Virus record (IMG/VR): IMGVR_UViG_649989947_000012
Location: 1-39,670 of that record
Direction: 5' to 3' (one strand)
DNA length: 39,670 nucleotides
Origin: a virus
Lineage: Duplodnaviria > Heunggongvirae > Uroviricota > Caudoviricetes
The position numbers and the translations under genes are program-made. The notes beneath the pieces are model-generated. The model made no database searches. It saw nothing but the letters and a program-made list of their open reading frames with translations, and was not told the origin of the DNA. Shown here piece after piece: positions 1-7,112 of the stretch; positions within the stretch are counted from its first letter, which is position 1, and the number at the start of each line of letters is the position of its first letter.

Positions 1-1400
1 CCGATCCAGTGGCTGTGTAAGAATCCGGAAACGCTCACTTGTTTCCGGATTTTTTTTATGCACATTGGACAGGCTCTTGATCTGGTATCCCGTTACGATT
101 CTCTGCGTAACCCACTGACTTCTCTGGGGGATTACCTCGACCCCGAACTCATCTCTCGTTGCCTTGCCGAATCAGGTACTGTAACGCTACGCAAGCGCCG
201 TCTTCCCCTCGAAATGATGGTCTGGTGTATTGTTGGCATGGCGCTTGAGCGTAAAGAACCTCTTCACCAGATTGTGAATCGCCTGGACATCATGCTGCCG
301 GGCAATCGCCCCTTCGTTGCCCCCAGTGCCGTTATTCAGGCCCGCCAGCGCCTGGGAAGTGAGGCTGTCCGCCGCGTGTTCACGAAAACAGCGCAGCTCT
401 GGCATAACGCCACGCCGCATCCGCACTGGTGCGGCCTGACCCTGCTGGCCATCGATGGTGTGTTCTGGCGCACACCGGATACACCAGAGAACGATGCAGC
501 CTTCCCCCGCCAGACACATGCCGGGAACCCGGCGCTCTACCCGCAGGTCAAAATGGTCTGCCAGATGGAACTGACCAGCCATCTGCTGACGGCTGCAGCC
601 TTCGGCACGATGAAGAACAGCGAAAATGAGCTTGCTGAGCAACTTATAGAACAAACCGGCGATAACACTCTGACGTTAATGGATAAAGGTTATTACTCAC
701 TGGGACTGTTAAATGCCTGGAGCCTGGCGGGAGAACACCGCCACTGGATGATACCTCTCAGAAAGGGAGCGCAATATGAAGAGATCAGAAAACTGGGTAA
801 AGGCGATCATCTGGTGAAGCTGAAAACCAGCCCGCAGGCACGAAAAAAGTGGCCGGGACTGGGAAATGAAGTGACTGCCCGCCTGCTGACCGTGACGCGC
901 AAAGGAAAAGTCTGCCATCTGCTGACGTCGATGACGGACGCCATGCGCTTCCCCGGAGGAGAAATGGGGGATCTGTACAGTCATCGCTGGGAAATCGAAC
1001 TGGGATACAGGGAGATAAAACAGACGATGCAACGGAGCAGGCTGACGCTGAGAAGTAAAAAGCCGGAGCTTGTGGAGCAAGAGCGTGTGGGGGGGCTTAC
1101 TGGCTTATAATCTGGTGAGATATCAGATGATTAAAATGGCGGAACATCTGAAAGGTTACTGGCCGAATCAACTGAGTTTCTCAGAATCATGCGGAATGGT
1201 GATGAGAATGCTGATGACATTGCAGGGCGCTTCACCGGGACGTATACCGGAGCTGATGCGCGATCTTGCAAGTATGGGACAACTTGTGAAATTACCGACA
1301 AGAAGGGAAAGGGCCTTCCCGAGAGTGGTAAAGGAGAGGCCCTGGAAATACCCCACAGCCCCGAAAAAGAGCCAGTCAGTTGCTTAACTGACTGGCATTA
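1..1400 (+). mobile_element. IS4 insertion sequence, left end cut by window edge
   Basis: Encodes the IS4 transposase (recognised from memory); right end placed at the palindrome GCCAGTCAGTT/AACTGACTGGC followed by ATTA near 1368-1400. Boundaries approximate. Confidence 0.7.
58..1387 (+). pseudogene. insG: IS4 transposase with broken reading frame
   Basis: ORF 58..1110 carries the N-terminal 340 aa and ORF 1070..1387 carries the C-terminus in another frame; the join is at a G-homopolymer near 1084-1092. Confidence 0.75.
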
Positions 1401-1428
1401 CGGCGGCTGCCGGGGTTATCGTTAACTA

Positions 1429-1689
1429 TTATCGCCTTCGTCTGCGTGCCATATATTTGCGCACCGCGCGACGTGGGCAATCTGAAGCGGTTTCTTTCTG
1501 CTGCATCAATCTTGCAGCCATGCTCAAAAATGTCAGGCACAGCCGAAGCCCGGCATATAATAGCGGTTCCAGTGGCCACGTCTCATTGAGCACATATACC
1601 GCCATGAAAATCGAGTCAAAAACTATCGCCGCCAGCGATAACTTCATTGTCGAAAGTCGGCGGAGCTGCCGGAGTTTATTCATTGACAA
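1429..1689 (-). CDS. hypothetical small membrane protein downstream of lyz
   Basis: 86-aa ORF with a hydrophobic stretch and basic C-terminus, overlapping the lyz 3' end by 14 nt. May be spurious. Confidence 0.2.
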   Translation of the reverse strand: MSMNKLRQLRRLSTMKLSLAAIVFDSIFMAVYVLNETWPLEPLLYAGLRLCLTFLSMAARLMQQKETASDCPRRAVRKYMARRRRR

Positions 1690-2233
1690 GCCCCGTCAGG
1701 CAAAGCTGGCGTTCTTCTTCACGGCGAATCTTTAACCCGGGCAGGGGGACGCCGTTACTGTTCACAAAATCAGGGAGATGGTTACACATATTCACCCATT
1801 CCCCTTTCTGCGCCCACTTGTGGATGGACGTTTCGACTCGCATGCCTCGCGCTTTGCTGTAGTAGGTCCGTAAACTATTGCATCCCATATTGAATGCCGC
1901 GCTTGTCATTGCGCTGAAGGCATTATCGGGCATGTCTTTGCCCCGGAAGTGCTGGTTAATACAGCGTTCAGCGATCAGGATATTCTTTTCCCAATCAGCG
2001 GCGATTTGCTGGTCGGTTTTTCGCACGCCAGGCGTTACCCCGTGTGTATTACCGATCCCGTCGGTCCATACACCCGCCGGGCACTTGTATGGATCACGTC
2101 GGCAACCTTCAGCGTTTCCGATAAGCTCAAGCCCCGCCTGGTTGGTTCGCACATTGCCATTATCCATCACGATGGTAATCATCATCGCGATAGCGCAAAT
2201 TGCACCGCCTCCTGCGGCTGTTTTTCCCTTCAT
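1676..2233 (-). CDS. lyz: SAR-type phage endolysin (P1 Lyz-like), 185 aa
   Basis: From internal Met: MKGKTAAGGGAICAIAMMITIV signal-anchor-release N-terminus followed by a lysozyme domain (ELIGNAEGCRRDPY...GVWTDGIGNT). Start chosen at the in-frame ATG at 2233. Confidence 0.85.
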   Translation of the reverse strand: MKGKTAAGGGAICAIAMMITIVMDNGNVRTNQAGLELIGNAEGCRRDPYKCPAGVWTDGIGNTHGVTPGVRKTDQQIAADWEKNILIAERCINQHFRGKDMPDNAFSAMTSAAFNMGCNSLRTYYSKARGMRVETSIHKWAQKGEWVNMCNHLPDFVNSNGVPLPGLKIRREEERQLCLTGLVNE

Positions 2234-2366
2234 AAAGACCTCATAAGCGAATTTTTTACGCTCCAGGACAAACACCCATTCACAGCCAATACCGACTGAC
2301 TCGATCCCTTTAGAAGGCACAGGATAATGCAAATCACTTGTTAGCTACGTTTCAAAGATATACATT

Positions 2367-2383
2367 ATTGCTCTAATTAATTT
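2367..2383 (+). promoter_or_regulatory. C1-repressor-operator-like 17-mer ATTGCTCTAATTAATTT
   Basis: One mismatch to the P1 C1 operator consensus ATTGCTCTAATAAATTT (consensus from memory); sits about 20 nt upstream of the ssb start, followed by a TAAGAT -10-like hexamer. Confidence 0.4.
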
Positions 2384-2402
2384 ATTTTATTAGGTAAGAT
2401 AA

Positions 2403-2891
2403 GTGGCACAACGCGGTGTAAACAAAGTCATCCTGATTGGTACCCTGGGGCAAGACCCGGAGATCAGGTATATACCAAATGGCGGAGCGGTCGGAAGACT
2501 CAGCATCGCAACGAATGAATCATGGCGCGACAAGCAAACGGGCCAACAGAAAGAGCAAACAGAATGGCATAGAGTCGTTTTGTTCGGGAAACTTGCTGAA
2601 ATTGCGAGTGAGTATTTACGAAAAGGTTCTCAGGTCTACATCGAAGGGAAACTTAAAACCCGTAAGTGGACAGATGACGCCGGTGTAGAACGTTACACGA
2701 CGGAAATTATCGTCAGCCAGGGCGGAACTATGCAAATGATCGGCGCCCGCCGCGACGATTCACAGTCCTCAAATGGCTGGGGGCAATCAAACCAACCTCA
2801 AAACCACCAGCAATACAGCGGTGGCGGCAAACCTCAGAGCAGCGCCAATAACGAACCTCCAATGGACTTTGACGACGATATTCCGTTTTAG
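2403..2891 (+). CDS. ssb: single-stranded DNA-binding protein, phage/plasmid type
   Basis: OB-fold SSB signature ([46 protein letters not shown]) and acidic tail ending [11 protein letters not shown]; GTG start. Confidence 0.9.
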   Translation: MAQRGVNKVILIGTLGQDPEIRYIPNGGAVGRLSIATNESWRDKQTGQQKEQTEWHRVVLFGKLAEIASEYLRKGSQVYIEGKLKTRKWTDDAGVERYTTEIIVSQGGTMQMIGARRDDSQSSNGWGQSNQPQNHQQYSGGGKPQSSANNEPPMDFDDDIPF

Positions 2892-2930
2892 AGTTAACTT
2901 GTGAGTTATTTGTAAATAGTTCATACACAG

Positions 2931-2958
2931 GCCCCTGTTAATACAGGGGATTTTTATT
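2931..2958 (+). terminator. rho-independent terminator after ssb
   Basis: Hairpin CCCCTGT-taata-ACAGGGG followed by ATTTTTATTT. Confidence 0.55.
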
Positions 2959-3139
2959 TCTAGTAACTATAAGAGGTGTTAATTATTAATTGACAATCTT
3001 TAGTGTTTCGCGCACCTTGCAAGTATCCAATATTTACTGATTGTGGACGCATAAAGAAGATCCACAGCGTTACAAATTTGTATTTCTTTCTTCAGCAATT
3101 AAGCAGGCGACTTGCTCTATCCTGCCCAAAGGAACACGT

Positions 3140-4495
3140 ATGACACACTGCAAAGAAAATACTTGGTATGAGCGTCAAGGGTACAATACCACCCGCCCGA
3201 ATGAGATAAGGTCGGAGTATGAACGTGATCTTTCCCGGTTAATCCACTCTTCCGCTTTTAGGAGATTACAATCGAAGACGCAGGTGTTGGGATTGGGCGA
3301 AAGCGATTTCTACCGTACGCGGCTAACTCACTCTATGGAAGTAGCGCAAATTGGCGGCGGTATCTTGTCTCAGTTGTCTAAGCGCGATACAGATGAGGGG
3401 GGTAAATTCTTACCTGACCCAAGCCTGATGCAGGCTATCTGCCTTGCTCATGATATAGGACATCCCCCCTTCGGTCATGGTGGTGAGGTCGCACTAAACT
3501 ACTGCATGAGATCCTATGGCGGCTTTGAAGGTAACGGGCAGACACTGCGTATACTCTCCAAACTGGATAAGTACACCGAAACCAATGGGCTGGATCCCAC
3601 CCGTAGACTTATTTTAGGCGTACTGAAATATCCAGCAAGCTATTCAGAGGTCGTCAATGAGAGGGCTTACAGCCAGTTACAGCCAAGAAGCAATGAGTGG
3701 TTGTTTAAATCATCCGAATTTAAGCCCCCGAAATGTTACCTGGACTCTGAGGAGAACACTGTTAGATTCGCACTCCAACCTTTTGATAGTGATGATGTTA
3801 AGTTATTCAAAACGGTAAAAACTACCGCGTTGAATAAGCACAAGGAAACAATATATAAAGCACTGGATACAACGATTATGGACTTGGCTGATGAGATATC
3901 CTACTCACTCCATGATCTTGAAGACGCAATTTCTCTGAAGATGATCGACAAAAAAATGTGGGAGGAGCACTTCGAGGACAAATCCCATTTATTTGCAGCT
4001 TGCCAATGCGACTCGTTTAATCTAAAAGCCGATGATGTAGCTGAAAAACTGTTCGGCGAAAGTTATCTACGCAAGGAGTGCATAGGGACACTTGTTCATC
4101 TGATGATCACTAGCGTTAAGCTTGAAGTGCAGAACTCTGATTTCAAAAGTAAAATTTTACGCTATAAAGTAGCACTTCCTGCCGCGGTAGAAGAGTTACG
4201 TAAAGCCATTTTTGAGCTGGTTAGGAACAAAGTTATTCAGCACGAAAACGTCCAACTATTAGAGTTCAAAGGTCAGAAACTGATTGTGGAACTATTCAAT
4301 GTACTGGCAAATGACCCAATACGTTTTCTCCCGACAGAAACTCGAAAGAAATATAATCAAGAGGAAGCAAAAGGTGATGATAAAAAAATGCGCGTCATTT
4401 GCGACTATGTTTCAGGCATGACAGATGATTACGCTACTCGACTGTATGAGAAAATATTTGTACCGAGAAAAGGCTCTATTTTTGATAGACTCTGA
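3140..4495 (+). CDS. dGTPase-family HD-domain dNTP triphosphohydrolase, 451 aa
   Basis: Dgt-family motifs RTRLTHSMEVAQIG, LAHDIGHPPFGH, MDLADEISYSLHDLEDA and C-terminal DYVSGMTDDYATRLY; start at internal ATG 3140 with an AAGGA ribosome-binding site; AT-rich relative to flanking phage genes. Confidence 0.8.
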   Translation: MTHCKENTWYERQGYNTTRPNEIRSEYERDLSRLIHSSAFRRLQSKTQVLGLGESDFYRTRLTHSMEVAQIGGGILSQLSKRDTDEGGKFLPDPSLMQAICLAHDIGHPPFGHGGEVALNYCMRSYGGFEGNGQTLRILSKLDKYTETNGLDPTRRLILGVLKYPASYSEVVNERAYSQLQPRSNEWLFKSSEFKPPKCYLDSEENTVRFALQPFDSDDVKLFKTVKTTALNKHKETIYKALDTTIMDLADEISYSLHDLEDAISLKMIDKKMWEEHFEDKSHLFAACQCDSFNLKADDVAEKLFGESYLRKECIGTLVHLMITSVKLEVQNSDFKSKILRYKVALPAAVEELRKAIFELVRNKVIQHENVQLLEFKGQKLIVELFNVLANDPIRFLPTETRKKYNQEEAKGDDKKMRVICDYVSGMTDDYATRLYEKIFVPRKGSIFDRL

Positions 4496-4660
4496 TTTTT
4501 TTCTATTATATAGTACGTAGCCTGGTTCCAGAACCGCATAAAATTAGATCTGGATATAATTCATTTAATTATCTGTTATATGCCAAACATAACGATATAT
4601 AATAGTGGATTAGATGTTACAACTTGACGCAGAATAAATAGCTTTTATTGGCGCATGATG

Positions 4661-4688
4661 CAAACCCCGCAATGAAGCGGGGTTTTAA
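4661..4688. terminator. bidirectional hairpin terminator between convergent genes
   Basis: AACCCCGC-aatgaa-GCGGGGTT flanked by T-runs on both strands. Confidence 0.45.
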
Positions 4689-4702
4689 CTGTGGTAAATG
4701 AG

Positions 4703-4814
4703 TTATAATCTTTTAATCAGGCTCTCAATATTAGTTGGTTCAAAGTAATGCTTATTAACCTCTCCATTTATGAGAAAACCGTCTTTTAGTAGTCGGTCTA
4801 GCTCACGCTCTGCT
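4703..4814 (-). pseudogene. 3' part of a small membrane-protein gene split by the IS10-derived element
   Basis: Hand translation continues the 6332..6597 frame across the insertion (…KEAER|ELDRLLKDGFLINGEVNKHYFEPTNIESLIKRL) once the element and one duplication copy are removed. Confidence 0.45.
4806..4814. repeat. 9-bp target-site duplication CGCTCTGCT, left copy
   Basis: Identical 9-mer directly abuts both ends of the IS10-derived element (4806-4814 and 6332-6340). Confidence 0.8.
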
Positions 4815-6143
4815 CTGATGAATCCCCTAATGATTTTGGTAAAAATCATTAAGTTAAGGTGGATACACATCTTGTCATATGATCAAATGGTTTCGCGAAA
4901 AATCAATAATCAGACAACAAGATGTGCGAACTCGATATTTTACACGACTCTCTTTACCAATTCTGCCCCGAATTACACTTAAAACGACTCAACAGCTTAA
5001 CGTTGGCTTGCCACGCATTACTTGACTGTAAAACTCTCACTCTTACCGAACTTGGCCGTAACCTGCCAACCAAAGCGAGAACAAAACATAACATCAAACG
5101 AATCGACCGATTGTTAGGTAATCGTCACCTCCACAAAGAGCGACTCGCTGTATACCGTTGGCATGCTAGCTTTATCTGTTCGGGCAATACGATGCCCATT
5201 GTACTTGTTGACTGGTCTGATATCCGTGAGCAAAAACGGCTTATGGTATTGCGAGCTTCAGTCGCACTACACGGTCGTTCTGTTACTCTTTATGAGAAAG
5301 CGTTCCCGCTTTCAGAGCAATGTTCAAAGAAAGCTCATGACCAATTTCTAGCCGACCTTGCGAGCATTCTACCGAGTAACACCACACCGCTCATTGTCAG
5401 TGATGCTGGCTTTAAAGTGCCATGGTATAAATCCGTTGAGAAGCTGGGTTGGTACTGGTTAAGTCGAGTAAGAGGAAAAGTACAATATGCAGACCTAGGA
5501 GCGGAAAACTGGAAACCTATCAGCAACTTACATGATATGTCATCTAGTCACTCAAAGACTTTAGGCTATAAGAGGCTGACTAAAAGCAATCCAATCTCAT
5601 GCCAAATTCTATTGTATAAATCTCGCTCTAAAGGCCGAAAAAATCAGCGCTCGACACGGACTCATTGTCACCACCCGTCACCTAAAATCTACTCAGCGTC
5701 GGCAAAGGAGCCATGGGTTCTAGCAACTAACTTACCTGTTGAAATTCGAACACCCAAACAACTTGTTAATATCTATTCGAAGCGAATGCAGATTGAAGAA
5801 ACCTTCCGAGACTTGAAAAGTCCTGCCTACGGACTAGGCCTACGCCATAGCCGAACGAGCAGCTCAGAGCGTTTTGATATCATGCTGCTAATCGCCCTGA
5901 TGCTTCAACTAACATGTTGGCTTGCGGGCGTTCATGCTCAGAAACAAGGTTGGGACAAGCACTTCCAGGCTAACACAGTCAGAAATCGAAACGTACTCTC
6001 AACAGTTCGCTTAGGCATGGAAGTTTTGCGGCATTCTGGCTACACAATAACAAGGGAAGACTCACTCGTGGCTGCAACCCTGCTTACTCAAAATCTATTC
6101 ACACATGGTTACGTTTTGGGGAAATTATGAGGGGATCTCTCAG
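4815..6143 (+). mobile_element. IS10 (IS10-Right type), complete 1329 bp
   Basis: Outside end CTGATGAATCCCCTAATGATTTTGG at 4815 and inside end (complement of CTGAGAGATCCCCTCATAATTTCCCC) ending at 6143; encodes an intact 402-aa transposase. Confidence 0.9.
4922..6130 (+). CDS. tnp: IS10 transposase, 402 aa
   Basis: Full-length ORF beginning MCELDILHDSLYQFCPELHLKRLNSLTLACHALLDCK, recognised as the Tn10/IS10 transposase. Confidence 0.95.
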   Translation: MCELDILHDSLYQFCPELHLKRLNSLTLACHALLDCKTLTLTELGRNLPTKARTKHNIKRIDRLLGNRHLHKERLAVYRWHASFICSGNTMPIVLVDWSDIREQKRLMVLRASVALHGRSVTLYEKAFPLSEQCSKKAHDQFLADLASILPSNTTPLIVSDAGFKVPWYKSVEKLGWYWLSRVRGKVQYADLGAENWKPISNLHDMSSSHSKTLGYKRLTKSNPISCQILLYKSRSKGRKNQRSTRTHCHHPSPKIYSASAKEPWVLATNLPVEIRTPKQLVNIYSKRMQIEETFRDLKSPAYGLGLRHSRTSSSERFDIMLLIALMLQLTCWLAGVHAQKQGWDKHFQANTVRNRNVLSTVRLGMEVLRHSGYTITREDSLVAATLLTQNLFTHGYVLGKL

Positions 6144-6331
6144 CGTTAAGCTGTTGAGTCGTTTTAAGTGTAATTCGGGGCAGAATTGGTAAAGAGAGTC
6201 GTGTAAAATATCGAGTTCGCACATTTTGTTGTCTGATTATTGATTTTTGGCGAAACCATTTGATCATATGACAAGATGTGTATCTACCTTAACTTAATGA
6301 TTTTGATAAAAATCATTAGGGGATTCATCAG
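6144..6331 (-). mobile_element. inverted 188-bp fragment of an IS10 outside end
   Basis: Reverse complement of 4815-5002 with a few substitutions (for example TTTTTATCAAAATC versus TTTTGGTAAAAATC), abutting the inside end of the full copy. Confidence 0.85.
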
Positions 6332-6340
6332 CGCTCTGCT
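6332..6340. repeat. 9-bp target-site duplication CGCTCTGCT, right copy
   Basis: Matches 4806-4814 exactly. Confidence 0.8.
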
Positions 6341-6597
6341 TCTTTGTTGAACATACCTGGATATATTCTCTTGTACAACTGAAACGTACCATTCATATTC
6401 CTGTAAGCATTCTCAGCAATTTCAATGGAGATTTCATTTCCGGCGTTAAATACAGGAATGAATATCTCAAGAATATCATTCTTTAACTTCTGTTTAAGTT
6501 TCTTTTTTTCAACAATATTAGAATAAAAGATACCTAAAAAAAATGTGCAGATACCAGGAAGCCAATTATTAACGAAAACCTCAGACAAAGCGTCCAC
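6332..6597 (-). pseudogene. 5' part of the small membrane-protein gene split by the IS10-derived element
   Basis: ORF 6328..6597 begins MDALSEVFVNNWLPGICTFFLGIFYSNIV (hydrophobic N-terminus) and runs into the IS end, where it meets a stop inside IS10 sequence. Confidence 0.45.
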
Positions 6598-6803
6598 TAT
6601 CTTACTCCAGAGTTAAGATTGATTCTCATAACGCACAAACTCCGTTCAAGGCGATTTTTATATTACAAACTATACATAAACGCTGATCAATATCTCCAGA
6701 TTTTGTGTGCCTGTGCATGAATATGCACTAATCATAATCGACCAGAACTTCCGTTAATCGCTAAACTCGAACGATTCTAGCCACATAGACGATCTGTTAG
6801 TAT

Positions 6804-7112
6804 CTAATATACAAACTGATCCACATGATCACCCAAATCATCGTCGTCGTCCTCATCGCCACCATCTACTGCTGGCCAATCAACAAACCAGCCAGCGTAA
6901 AGATGCAGCGTTCGGAGAACATCACTTGCGGGAGCATCAAGGGTGTTAACGAATCCCATATAGCTATTGGGATTTGCTCCAGCTATGGCTTCAGCGATCA
7001 TGTCCTCGGTAATGTCACCGGAGATAATGCTTAAACGCCCGGAAACTTCTTCATTATCATCAAATTCGATAATGGCATCTCCACCTAATGGCGCTGCGAT
7101 TTTAATCTGCAT
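6804..7112 (-). CDS. small highly acidic protein (102 aa) coupled to the ddrB-like gene
   Basis: Start overlaps the stop of the upstream 995-aa gene by 11 nt; very acidic C-terminal half (DGGDEDDDDDLGDHVDQ). Confidence 0.5.
   Translation of the reverse strand: MQIKIAAPLGGDAIIEFDDNEEVSGRLSIISGDITEDMIAEAIAGANPNSYMGFVNTLDAPASDVLRTLHLYAGWFVDWPAVDGGDEDDDDDLGDHVDQFVY

Noticed and set aside
187-1080. Minus-strand ORFs inside the IS4 transposase (187..654, 709..1080)
   Set aside because: Antisense shadow frames within a recognised transposase gene.
58-1110. Treating the 350-aa ORF as an intact IS4 transposase
   Set aside because: The conserved C-terminus continues in a different frame (1070..1387), so the gene is frame-broken here.
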